Positions 40,064-49,250 of a DNA stretch of 64,000 bases are shown here, piece by piece (position 1 is the stretch's first letter; each line of letters opens with the position of its first letter). The position numbers and the translations under genes were made by a program. The notes beneath the pieces were generated by a model. The model was not told the DNA's origin, made no database searches, and saw nothing but the letters and a program-made list of their open reading frames with translations. The stretch is taken from positions 5,241 to 69,240 of the forward strand of contig NZ_JAIEME010000039.1 of assembly GCF_019752415.1 (NCBI RefSeq). Direction: 5' to 3'. Source of the DNA: Nitrosomonas sp. (GTDB lineage Bacteria > Pseudomonadota > Gammaproteobacteria > Burkholderiales > Nitrosomonadaceae).

Positions 40064-40717
40064 TTAAACAAAATCGAGCGTAAGCAGTAACCGCGTTTCA
40101 CTGTCATTAAGAAACGGTGAACGATGAATAACGCCAGACCCTTCATTTCCTTTCCATCCGTCCCCTTTGAGCAAGGCAATATCCCCTTCGCTTAAATGTT
40201 GGATGAGATCGTGCTCAACAATTGGTTCCTCGCTGGTTCCTAGCGCTGAACGATCTATTCCTTCTCTGTCTAGCCATTCTGTTCCTTTGCCCGCATAGGT
40301 CGTCACCAAACGGCACGGCACTTTATCCGCATGAAAACGTGGACACATGGTTTTATTTAACACCAGCAACCGTAAGCCCGCATGATCAAGATCGAAAAGA
40401 CAGGAAAACATATCAATCGCCATTGCAACAACTTCGATAAAGCTAACGCGCATTGAATGCGCAGGCAATGATCCCATTAACACATCAACCACGCTCGGAA
40501 TATTGACCCGCCGTATCAACTGGAAATCGATATATTCTTGCTGCAAAAACGCCGCATACATTCTAACGTCAGGCGCAATAGAACGTTGCAAAATGCACAT
40601 ATTAATCTGCGTATCATAAATTTGCGCCAGCACTTCAGGCGCACAACCGATAACATAAGTGCTTTGCGCAGGCATCACTTGATTGAGTAAATGATCAGTC
40701 GCCGGATATGTTTGCAT
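40064..40717 (-). CDS. DUF1826-like protein (commonly linked to COG0523 zinc GTPases)
   Basis: Start taken at the internal ATG (MQTYPATDHL), 1 nt after the CobW stop. The motif CPRFHADKVPCRLVTTYAGKGTEWL is as I remember for DUF1826. Confidence 0.5.
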   Translation of the reverse strand: MQTYPATDHLLNQVMPAQSTYVIGCAPEVLAQIYDTQINMCILQRSIAPDVRMYAAFLQQEYIDFQLIRRVNIPSVVDVLMGSLPAHSMRVSFIEVVAMAIDMFSCLFDLDHAGLRLLVLNKTMCPRFHADKVPCRLVTTYAGKGTEWLDREGIDRSALGTSEEPIVEHDLIQHLSEGDIALLKGDGWKGNEGSGVIHRSPFLNDSETRLLLTLDFV

Positions 40718-40718
40718 A

Positions 40719-41945
40719 TTAATCAGGATCCCAGGAAGGAAAAGGATCTTCCAAGGTATTCCAGTATTCCTTGCCAGCATGCAGCTCTGCATCGGTCAAC
40801 AGACATTCGTCCAACCATTGACAAACTGCTTGTTGATTAAGATTCTGACCAATAAAAACCAATTCCTGCCGTTTATCCCCAAATGGCTCAACCCACTTCG
40901 CTGCAATAGATGCCAAATAGTCTTTATCGGTAGGCCATTGTTTTTTTGGCACAGATTTCCAAAACATACCGCTATAACTGTATCCTGCAATGCCACCGGC
41001 CTGGTTCCACTGCCCTGCATCATCTGGCCGGGTTGCGAGCCAAAAATACCCTTTCGAGCGAAGTAATCTGCCAGCCGGCCATTCATGGTGAAGAAAATCA
41101 TAGAATTTTTTCGGATGAAATGGTTTCCTTGCAGTGTAAACAAAGCTGCTGATTCCATATTCCTCCGTCTCCGGAATATGTTCCCCACGCAACTCTTTCA
41201 ACCAGCCAGGTGCTTGCTGAGCTTGCTCAAAATTAAATTTCTGGGTATTCATTAGCTTGGACAAATCAACCTGACCATTCTCAATCGCTATGATTTCCGC
41301 CTGCGTATTGAGACAACTTAAAATACCCTGCAGCCGGGTTAGCTCCTCCTGCGTGATCAAATCGATCTTGCTGATCAAGATAACATCGCTAAATTCAACT
41401 TGATCGGTCAATAGATCGGCAACGCTACGCTCATCGTCTTCCCCCAGGCTTTCTCCAGTTTCCTGAAGCATTTTTGCTTCTTCAAAATCTTTAAGGAAAT
41501 TGACCGCATCAACCACCGTCACCATGGTATCCAATCGCGCAATATCGGATAAGCTGATACCCTCTTCATCTTCAAAAGTGAATGTTTCTGCAATCGGTAG
41601 CGGCTCGGATATTCCTGTTGATTCAATCACCAGATAATCAAACTTTCCTTCGGTGGCAAGTTTACGTACTTCAATCAGCAGATCTTCACGCAAAGTGCAG
41701 CAGATGCAGCCATTGCTCATTTCTATCAGTTTTTCTTCGGAACGGTTGAATGATATTTCCTGCTCAATAATTGATGCATCAATATTGATCTCACTCATAT
41801 CATTCACGATGACCGCAACTCGTTTTCCTTCCCGGTTATTAAGAATGTGATTTAGCACAGTCGTTTTACCTGCGCCCAGAAAACCAGAAAGAACAGTCAC
41901 GGGCAAAAGATCAGGTGATGTATTCATAGTGTGAGTTATTCGCAT
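40719..41945 (-). CDS. CobW/COG0523-family metallochaperone GTPase (ZigA/YeiR-like)
   Basis: 408 aa. P-loop GFLGAGKTT. Metal motif [10 protein letters not shown]. Walker B-like [11 protein letters not shown]. CobW C-terminal domain. Confidence 0.85.
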   Translation of the reverse strand: MRITHTMNTSPDLLPVTVLSGFLGAGKTTVLNHILNNREGKRVAVIVNDMSEINIDASIIEQEISFNRSEEKLIEMSNGCICCTLREDLLIEVRKLATEGKFDYLVIESTGISEPLPIAETFTFEDEEGISLSDIARLDTMVTVVDAVNFLKDFEEAKMLQETGESLGEDDERSVADLLTDQVEFSDVILISKIDLITQEELTRLQGILSCLNTQAEIIAIENGQVDLSKLMNTQKFNFEQAQQAPGWLKELRGEHIPETEEYGISSFVYTARKPFHPKKFYDFLHHEWPAGRLLRSKGYFWLATRPDDAGQWNQAGGIAGYSYSGMFWKSVPKKQWPTDKDYLASIAAKWVEPFGDKRQELVFIGQNLNQQAVCQWLDECLLTDAELHAGKEYWNTLEDPFPSWDPD

Positions 41946-41971
41946 TTAATAAACTTTATTACTTGATTAGA

Positions 41972-41989
41972 GTTATGTTATAACATATC
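41972..41989. promoter_or_regulatory. Zur-box-like palindrome (GTTATGTTATAACATATC; core ATGTTATAACAT at 41975-41986)
   Basis: Perfect 12-bp palindrome in the divergent cobW / TonB-receptor intergenic region. Resembles proteobacterial Zur operators (GTTAT..ATAAC). Confidence 0.55.
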
Positions 41990-42029
41990 ATTTGAATGAA
42001 GCAATAAAAATTTATCTTGAGTTTTTAGG

Positions 42030-44453
42030 GTGCGTCTAGATAACTCTACGATTTACATGAGAAGAAACATATTTTTAATGTATTCCCTGAAATTAAAAGA
42101 TTTCGAATCGATCCACACTTATTACATCCGCACGCTGATCGAGAGAAAAGAAGCAAGCAAGCGTCATATGTGCAATCGTTTCCAAAAATTATCTTTCAGA
42201 TATTTATCGAATCGGACACCAGACGCACGCTCCCGGCAGCACCAAATATTGGCAGGAACGTCAAATCAAGCTATAGCAACTGATAAGAAACCAAGTAATT
42301 CCGCTCAAACGAAAGGAGCACCCGTTTCTATCGAGAATGAATCCGTGATCAAACTTGAGCCCATAAAAGTAATTGGCATCGTACCCGATCAGAATCCAAA
42401 ACCAAATACCAGCGTCTTGAAGGGCAGATCTCTGTATTTGCAGCAAAGCGATACGCTAGGTCAAACTCTTGAGACGGAATTGGGTGTGAGCAATGCTTCT
42501 TTTGGCCCAGGAGTTGGCGTCCCTGTAATCCGTGGCTTAACCGGATCCCGGGTGCGTATTTTACAAAATGGCATTGGCACCCATGATGCAACCAGTCTCA
42601 GCCCGGATCATGCCGTGGCAATCGATCCGTTATTTGCCGAAGAAATAAAAGTCATGCGTGGCCCGGAAATAGTTCGCTATGGCGGCAACGCAATTGGCGG
42701 CGTTGTCGATGTTAATGATCAGCGCATACCTGAAAAGCGCGCCAAAAAACCAATCAGCGGTTCTGTTGAGAGCCGCTATGATACAAACGGAGACGGCACA
42801 AATTCCGCCTTTAAATTGAATATGGGAAAAGACCAATTGGCGTTCAATTTGGGCGGTTTCTTTCGCCAGCGGGGTGATACTCAAATTCCCGGCAAGGCAA
42901 TTGATGAAACTTTCGCAGAACAACAGCTCGGTCTGACGGGAATCCAAAATGTCAGTGGCAAAATCCCGAATACCGATAGCAAAGGAACCGGTGGTTTTGC
43001 CGGTGTTTCATGGGTGGGCAATAATGTCATGGCGGGTATGTCGGTCAGTCACACGGATAATCGCTATGGAATACCTAAAGGAAGCCATAATCTGGATCCG
43101 AGTCATCTGGGCGGCCTGGAAACGATCTTGCCCAGATTGAGAGATTTGACTGGCTTTGAAGATATTTTTGGGCCCCAGGCCTTGTTCCCGAATATCCGTA
43201 TCAATATGCAACAAACCCGCTACGATTTTAAATCTGAATGGTACGCGCCGATGCGCGGTATCGAAAGCATCAGTTTTCGTTATGGTTTGGTCGACTACGG
43301 ACATACCGAGGTGGAAGGCGGCTCACCTTTCACCAAGTTCAAAAATGATGTCGGCGAGGGCCGTGTCGAAGCGCGTCACAATGCGCTACCGAACCTGACT
43401 GGCACTTTCGGCGCACACTGGATAGATCGTAAATTCTCCGCCCTCGGCGTCGAAACTTTCGTACCACCGACCAAGCAACAGTCATTGGGTTTTTATACCA
43501 CGCAGGATTACACCTGGAATAAATGGATAGTGCGTGGCGGCCTCCGCTTCGAACAAGCGCACGTAAATCCCAGCGCCAGCGAATTGAAACTGCGCGGCAG
43601 CGCCCTGCCACCTGTGCCTTTGCCCAATGCGCTTGACTATCAGGCACTCTCCGCTTCCTCAGCCGTCCAGTGGAATCCGCTACCGGATGTTGCGCTAACG
43701 CTGACATTGAATCGCGGCAAGCGTCCCCCGGATATACAGGAATTGCTTGCGCTCGGCCCGCATTTATCCACCCGCAGTTTCGAAATCGGGAATGTGCAAT
43801 TAAAGAATGAAACTGTGAACATGGCTGATTTCGGCTTTGACTGGAAATCCGAACGCATCAGTGCGCGAATCAATGGTTATTATAACCGTACCGACAATTA
43901 TATTTATCTGCGCAATACCGGCCTGGTCTACGAAATTGACAACGAAGTGATCCGCCAGCGCTGTGTCAGCGACTCGGAATGCGTATCGATTTTCGCTTAC
44001 GATCAACGCAATGCCGAATTTGCCGGTTTCGAATCCAGGATTGACGCAACCCTCTATAAGATGCCGCGGGGCAATGTGCTGCTGACCGTGTTCTCCGATT
44101 ATGTACGCGGCCGCTTTGTCAATGGCGATCGCGACGATGTGCCGCGCATGCCTCCGCTACGCTACGGCGCCGAGCTGGGATTTGGCAACAGCCTATGGAC
44201 TACCGCGCTGCGTTATACCCGCGGGGAAACGCAAACTCATCCGGGCAAAAATGAAACATCCACGGGGGGATACCATTTATTAACCGCAACGGCGGATTAT
44301 CAAATTAAAACCGGCACATGGGGTGATTTGTGGCTGTTTGCCAAAGCGCACAATCTGTTGGATGAGGAAATACGCAACTCGGTTTCCTTTTTACGAAATT
44401 TCGCACCGGAGCCAGGACGAAGTTTTGTGTTCGGGTTGCGTGCCTCCTTTTAG
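42030..44453 (+). CDS. TonB-dependent outer-membrane receptor (ZnuD-like by context)
   Basis: 807 aa. Plug (GQTLETELGV..GVGVPVIRGL..RVRILQNG..D). Barrel ending FVFGLRASF. The N-terminal ~100 aa lack a recognisable signal peptide. Confidence 0.8.
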   Translation: MRLDNSTIYMRRNIFLMYSLKLKDFESIHTYYIRTLIERKEASKRHMCNRFQKLSFRYLSNRTPDARSRQHQILAGTSNQAIATDKKPSNSAQTKGAPVSIENESVIKLEPIKVIGIVPDQNPKPNTSVLKGRSLYLQQSDTLGQTLETELGVSNASFGPGVGVPVIRGLTGSRVRILQNGIGTHDATSLSPDHAVAIDPLFAEEIKVMRGPEIVRYGGNAIGGVVDVNDQRIPEKRAKKPISGSVESRYDTNGDGTNSAFKLNMGKDQLAFNLGGFFRQRGDTQIPGKAIDETFAEQQLGLTGIQNVSGKIPNTDSKGTGGFAGVSWVGNNVMAGMSVSHTDNRYGIPKGSHNLDPSHLGGLETILPRLRDLTGFEDIFGPQALFPNIRINMQQTRYDFKSEWYAPMRGIESISFRYGLVDYGHTEVEGGSPFTKFKNDVGEGRVEARHNALPNLTGTFGAHWIDRKFSALGVETFVPPTKQQSLGFYTTQDYTWNKWIVRGGLRFEQAHVNPSASELKLRGSALPPVPLPNALDYQALSASSAVQWNPLPDVALTLTLNRGKRPPDIQELLALGPHLSTRSFEIGNVQLKNETVNMADFGFDWKSERISARINGYYNRTDNYIYLRNTGLVYEIDNEVIRQRCVSDSECVSIFAYDQRNAEFAGFESRIDATLYKMPRGNVLLTVFSDYVRGRFVNGDRDDVPRMPPLRYGAELGFGNSLWTTALRYTRGETQTHPGKNETSTGGYHLLTATADYQIKTGTWGDLWLFAKAHNLLDEEIRNSVSFLRNFAPEPGRSFVFGLRASF

Positions 44454-44512
44454 TCAATCTGCTTAATGACAAGACCACGGCAAGAATTGCATAGAATGAA
44501 AATCAAACTTAC

Positions 44513-45853
44513 ATGACCAACCGTATCCGATTTTATTTGCTGATTGTTGCGCTGTTATTGAATCAGGCAGCTTTCTCCCAGCACCTGGATGTCGAAGTCT
44601 GGGGAGAAGGCAATGCAGTATTTGCCGGGTACTGCCGCACGCCCGGTGTTGTCGGGTGTGACTTAGGTAAACTGGCACAAACGCTTGAATTACCTGCCGG
44701 AGCCTTACCTAAAGAATCTACAACAGGAAAGCTTATCTTTCTGGCCAATTTTAGAGATCTTCCCGGTGGGGATTTCCGAACCAAGAATCCGGGGTTTCAA
44801 TCAATTCAAAATGGTTTACTACCCAATGAACTGGTGAGTTATCGCGCACTTGGGGCGCTTAAATATTGGGATCCGGCGTTATCTTCGTGGGGGAATTCGC
44901 CTCACGGTATCCAAATCACCCTGTTCGGCGGACTCGAAGCCAGTGCCGAGGTACTCAACGATTTCTCGAAATGCGCTGGACAATTAGTATGTTTTAGTGA
45001 CGGTAGCTTTGGCATTGACGGCAGTACCATTTTCTCTGCTGAAGGCATTCTGGGCAATCCCGAATTGGTTGTGGACATTACCAACAATAATGGCATTTTA
45101 CACACCCATCTGAGCTTCTTTCTGGAAAATCAACAGGGAGAAATAGGCGGGCCTGTTGGTGCCTATTTGGTTGAAATGCAGCTTATTTCCAATGCACGTT
45201 TCTTTCCTTCAGAACCATTCCTGATTTTGTTTAATACCGGTTTGGATGAGGCAGCATTCGCTGCAGCCTTAGTAGCGCTCGCTGGCAAACCATCGGACAT
45301 TGATCCGGATCCGCCACGACCAATACTCCCTGTGTCAATTCCCGGCGATGTGGATTTAGACAGTGATGTGGATCGAATCGATGTGGCATTGATTCTATTA
45401 GCTGCCCAAAACAATGAACCGGTTAACCCAGGCAATGCCATGCTTGACGTCAATCGCGATGGTGTCATTGATCGTTCCGATGCTTCTCTGGCTAAAGACT
45501 TATGCACACTCCGGCTGTGCAATATCCCGATTATAGCGCCCGCCACTGTATTGAATGTGGCAGCGGTCTACGACCAGAATACCGGCATATTGAATCTGAA
45601 CGATATCCAGGCAAGCAATCAGCATTATCGCGCGCAATTGCAGCTAAAAGATGAAAATATATTTGTGCTCAATACGGTACAAATCGACAAACCCCGCTAC
45701 GCCATACCGGTTCGGTATGACATTGAAAGCGGAATTCTGGAAATCCCTTCAGTCTATACACACGGAAAGAATTTTAAAGCGACCTTGCGCAACATCGGAG
45801 ACGATAAATTCCGCTTGGAGCACTTAGAAGAAATTGGCGGGGTTTTTGAATAA
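44513..45853 (+). CDS. secreted protein with dockerin/EF-hand-like repeat, paralogous to the next gene
   Basis: 446 aa with a signal peptide. HTH motif (GILHTHLSF). GDVDLDSDVDRIDV..DVNRDGVIDRSD. C-terminal NFKATLRNIGDDKFRLEHLEEI. Confidence 0.55.
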   Translation: MTNRIRFYLLIVALLLNQAAFSQHLDVEVWGEGNAVFAGYCRTPGVVGCDLGKLAQTLELPAGALPKESTTGKLIFLANFRDLPGGDFRTKNPGFQSIQNGLLPNELVSYRALGALKYWDPALSSWGNSPHGIQITLFGGLEASAEVLNDFSKCAGQLVCFSDGSFGIDGSTIFSAEGILGNPELVVDITNNNGILHTHLSFFLENQQGEIGGPVGAYLVEMQLISNARFFPSEPFLILFNTGLDEAAFAAALVALAGKPSDIDPDPPRPILPVSIPGDVDLDSDVDRIDVALILLAAQNNEPVNPGNAMLDVNRDGVIDRSDASLAKDLCTLRLCNIPIIAPATVLNVAAVYDQNTGILNLNDIQASNQHYRAQLQLKDENIFVLNTVQIDKPRYAIPVRYDIESGILEIPSVYTHGKNFKATLRNIGDDKFRLEHLEEIGGVFE

Positions 45854-45951
45854 CAGCAATTATCCAAGGAGGACAATGGCATCCATTATCTTAATTAAAG
45901 CAAGCAGAAATTATAAAACAGTAACTTAAATCAACTCATGAGGCCTTATCT

Positions 45952-46734
45952 ATGCTAAAGAAAATTATTAACCTGACTATGACGTTCGTTCTTAGCTTAT
46001 TTTCCATATCTGCTATTGCGCAAGCACACTCGCATGAAGGCGACATCCAACCGTGGAAAATTGGCGCGGAAATATTTCTTAACAGCAATTTGTTCGAACC
46101 GGACTTTGGCGACATCAGCGGAGGACTCTACGCTACGGACGAACCTGGTTTTGATGTCAATATCGCACAAGGAGCATTCACCCCAGGGAATTGGCTGCGT
46201 TTCCAGCCTGTCGGTCAACTGCTATTCTGGAATGGCACTGAATGGAGCACGACTGTGCCAAACGAAGAGCGAATTGAAATTACCGACGCGCTTGGCACTG
46301 CTATTTCGTATCGAACCAGCGGTGTGAGTGATACGGCAGCGGTTATCGGTGAAATTGGCAGCGATGGGGGACTGCACGAACACCTGGAAATGTCTATTTT
46401 TGATGCATCGAATGCATTAGGCGGCAGTGTCGGCGCCTATCGCATTCAACTCAAATTATTCGAATCTAAAGCGAATAGCGATACTTCTGTTTCTATCGCG
46501 ACATCCCCGATTACAATAGTTTTTAATCGTGGTCTTGAACACGACAAATTTGAACTGGCAGTTTCAGCAGCTGCAGATCTTAACGAAAACTCTGTTTTTG
46601 TAGCTGAAACTGGAACATTGGACATCCAGCAAGTAAAGGCATTGGGAACATACTATAAAGTCAAACTTAGACATATCGGTGATGATAAATTTCAACTAAT
46701 TGATGCGCAAGAAATTCCAAGAACGGAAAAATGA
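45952..46734 (+). CDS. secreted protein, paralog of 44513-45853
   Basis: 260 aa. Signal peptide ..AIAQA followed by HSHEGD. HEH motif (GGLHEHLEM). GGSVGAYRIQLKL aligns with GGPVGAYLVEMQL. C-terminal YYKVKLRHIGDDKFQLIDAQEI. Confidence 0.55.
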   Translation: MLKKIINLTMTFVLSLFSISAIAQAHSHEGDIQPWKIGAEIFLNSNLFEPDFGDISGGLYATDEPGFDVNIAQGAFTPGNWLRFQPVGQLLFWNGTEWSTTVPNEERIEITDALGTAISYRTSGVSDTAAVIGEIGSDGGLHEHLEMSIFDASNALGGSVGAYRIQLKLFESKANSDTSVSIATSPITIVFNRGLEHDKFELAVSAAADLNENSVFVAETGTLDIQQVKALGTYYKVKLRHIGDDKFQLIDAQEIPRTEK

Positions 46735-46850
46735 AACAGTAGTTTTCAGGAAGTAATGAGTTTCTCTGGCTATTCTGTTGAAACCGGTTAAATCGCTCCG
46801 TCAAGTACTCTGCAGTCTTTGTGTTATTTGAAGCTTGGAAATATTTCCTT

Positions 46851-46996
46851 TAGCAGGCCGTTGAAAAACGTTTTCGAGGCAGCCGATGCAAGGCAAAAAC
46901 AGGCGAAAAAGCGCAGTTTATGCTTAATAAATGAGCATTTTTAGTCTGTTTTTAACACCGTAGCGGCAACGCAGATAGTTTTTCAATGGCCTGTTA
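46851..46996. repeat. MITE-like element family A, copy 2
   Basis: TAGCAGGCCGTTGAAAAACG...TTTTTCAATGGCCTGTTA. Anchored on the stop at 46734. Confidence 0.8.
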
Positions 46997-47069
46997 GATG
47001 CAACCCAAAGACGTACGCGCATTCATTAATGACGTTGTTAGCTTTGTGCTTGATAGAGATTGATTTTAA

Positions 47070-47276
47070 TAATCGGGAAATCTACTGTAGTTCTCATGAT
47101 ATCTCCTCATGCAGTACATATCAGTGTGGGAAATTATGCATAAATGATTAAGGTTATCGTTTGGATTAAGATAACTGAGCGGAATGTTTTTTGAAGAATC
47201 GGGCATTTCTCAATTATCTCGGCCACTAATGCCGCAAGAACAGTTATTCTTGGTTATAGATCTGGCCCCTTGATTC
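47070..47276. repeat. 207-bp direct repeat, copy A (includes the last 23 nt of ylqF)
   Basis: Near-identical to 49043-49250, with a few substitutions and one indel. Confidence 0.9.
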
Positions 47277-48174
47277 TCCTTGTTTTTGAAGCCTGTTCCT
47301 TTGCTTTAATCAGTGCTTGATCGGCTAACATTACACTGCGGCTTTTTGGTGATTCCAGGCTGATCCGTCCAAGTGCTCCGGTGCGATAATCCTGTAGCAG
47401 CATGAGAGCAGCTTTTTCCAGATCAGGAACACCCCCCTTGAGCAGGTAACCGCGCCGTTTTGCGACTGCTTCGACAATGCCCGCACCATCCAGACCTTCG
47501 ACGGAGAATCCGTAACGGTTCACAAGTAGGCTGGGGTAGCCTGCCAGCAGGATGTCGCCCAGAAAACTGGCCACTTCTTCATCAATTATGGCATTTCTCC
47601 CCACCGCATGGCTTGCGGCCAGCATGAAACCGTCGCTGTCATACTCAATCTTTGGCCACATTAGCCCTGGCGTATCGATCAGCGTCATTCGTTCATTCAG
47701 ATCGAATCCCTGCTGGTTTTTGGTCACTGCCGGCTCGTCGCCTACAGCGGCCACCCGGCGCTTCAGCAGCGCATTTGTCAGTGTGGATTTCCCTACATTG
47801 GGGATGCCCATAATCATCATGCGCAATGGTTTAAGTCGGTTATCACGATGCGGGGCGAGCATCTCGCACAAACCGGGAATCTTGGCGACATCTCCTGGTT
47901 TTTTGCAGGATAGCGCTACGGCCTTGATTCCTTCTTGTTCATTGTAGAAGTTCAGCCACGCTGTAGTGACAGCAGGATCCGCCAGATCGGCTTTATTAAG
48001 GATTTTCAGGCAGGGCCGTTGCCGATGCAAGCGGAGTTCCTTAATGACAGGATTGCTGCCTGATTCCGGCACGCGTGCATCCAGAACTTCTATTATCACA
48101 TCGATGCGTTCCATGGTTTCGGCTGCCTTTTTGCGCGCCGTAACCATGTGCCCAGGAAACCATTGAATGGACAT
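47254..48174 (-). CDS. rbgA: ribosome biogenesis GTPase YlqF/RbgA
   Basis: 306 aa. MSIQWFPGHMVTARKK. Circularly permuted GTPase motifs (ILNKADL..; GIPNVGKST; DTPG). Confidence 0.85.
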   Translation of the reverse strand: MSIQWFPGHMVTARKKAAETMERIDVIIEVLDARVPESGSNPVIKELRLHRQRPCLKILNKADLADPAVTTAWLNFYNEQEGIKAVALSCKKPGDVAKIPGLCEMLAPHRDNRLKPLRMMIMGIPNVGKSTLTNALLKRRVAAVGDEPAVTKNQQGFDLNERMTLIDTPGLMWPKIEYDSDGFMLAASHAVGRNAIIDEEVASFLGDILLAGYPSLLVNRYGFSVEGLDGAGIVEAVAKRRGYLLKGGVPDLEKAALMLLQDYRTGALGRISLESPKSRSVMLADQALIKAKEQASKTRRIKGPDL

Positions 48175-48245
48175 TCGTAATCAATTATCTAACTAAAGTC
48201 GTATTTTACTCTTCGCTGACTGATACGTCATGCTTGTCGTTACTT

Positions 48246-48391
48246 TAGCAGGCCGTTGAAAAACGTTTTCGAGGCAGCCGATGCAAGGCAAAAACAGGCG
48301 AAAAAGCGCAGTTTATGCTTAATAAATGAGCATTTTGAGCCTGTTTTTAACACCGCAGCGGCAACGTAGATAGTTTTTCAACGGCCTGTTA
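48246..48391. repeat. MITE-like element family A, copy 3
   Basis: Anchored on ORF 48319. Same orientation as copy 2, so ylqF is bracketed by two copies. Confidence 0.8.
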
Positions 48392-48512
48392 GAGTACATA
48401 TAAAATCCATGTACATTCAATATGCTAAGTTTGGCGCGTTCGCAACCCCCTCTTTCGATCAGCAGATAGTTGCTTCTCAATTGACCTTCCCGCCTATTAA
48501 TATATCTATTTC

Positions 48513-49042
48513 CATTAGTGTCCGGCAATTCAGTTGAATAAATTCAGTTGATTATAACTTTCTGGCGTATCCATTAGCACCTCGGTATTTTTAACCAATT
48601 GATCAATAGGTTTTTTCTCGAAAAGAGTCAGGCTTAAAATCTGTAGAATTGTTAAAGCGAGGCTTCGGTATTGAGCCGCTTTTTCACAATGGCAACCAAG
48701 ACATAAACCGATATGGCAATCCATATCTGCGTTTTGACTGCGTTCTCAGTAGTTCCGTAGAAACGCTGGGCCATGCACAGAAACTGATCGAGATGCGAAA
48801 AAGTCTTGGTGGGATATTTGAGGGGTAGCGTTGCACACAGCGACAGAATGTGTGAAGGGGTAAATGCTCCATGAGTTGTGCGAATACCAATTTGTCTGAA
48901 TTCATAATGAGAAACCACGTAGAGAAACTTCCAGTTTCGCAAAAAATTCACTTCCAAATCGGTGACACCCAAAAACATACTATTTGATTCTACAGATCAA
49001 TCGCTTATACAATCATCCTGGTTAAATTGCCGGACACTACTG
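48513..49042 (-). mobile_element. internally deleted IS4-family element (both terminal IRs retained)
   Basis: CATTAGTGTCCGGCAATT at 48513-48530 and its inverted partner AATTGCCGGACACTACTG at 49025-49042. Only the C-terminal transposase part is present (..FYGTTENAVKTQIWIAISVYVLVAIVKKRL.. then, frameshifted, ..LTILQILSLTLFEKKPIDQLV..NQLNLFN). Confidence 0.75.
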
Positions 49043-49250
49043 TAATCGGGTAAATCTACTGTAGTTCTCATGATGTCTCCTCATGCGGTACATATCAGTG
49101 TGGGAAATTATGCATAAATGATTAAGGTTATCGTTTGGATTAAGATAACTGAGCGGAATGTTTTTTGAAGAATCGGGCATTTCTCAATTATCGCGGCCAC
49201 TAATGCCGCAAGAACAATTATTCTTGGTTTTAGACCTGGCCCCTTGATTC
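49043..49250. repeat. direct repeat copy B, supplying the 3' end and stop codon of the HNH-NACHT gene
   Basis: Starts exactly at the IS end and stops exactly where the GC-rich DNA begins. Confidence 0.9.

Noticed and set aside
40779-41188. ORFs 40779-41066 (+), 40796-41188 (-) and 40946-41152 (+), and the N-terminal 25 codons of ORF 40064-40792.
   Set aside because: They are nested in the CobW-family gene. The DUF1826-like gene more plausibly starts at the ATG at 40717, immediately after the CobW stop.
48319-48528. 69-aa ORF between ylqF and the IS fragment.
   Set aside because: Its C-terminal third is the family-A MITE and the rest is IS-flanking DNA. There is no SD sequence and no motif.
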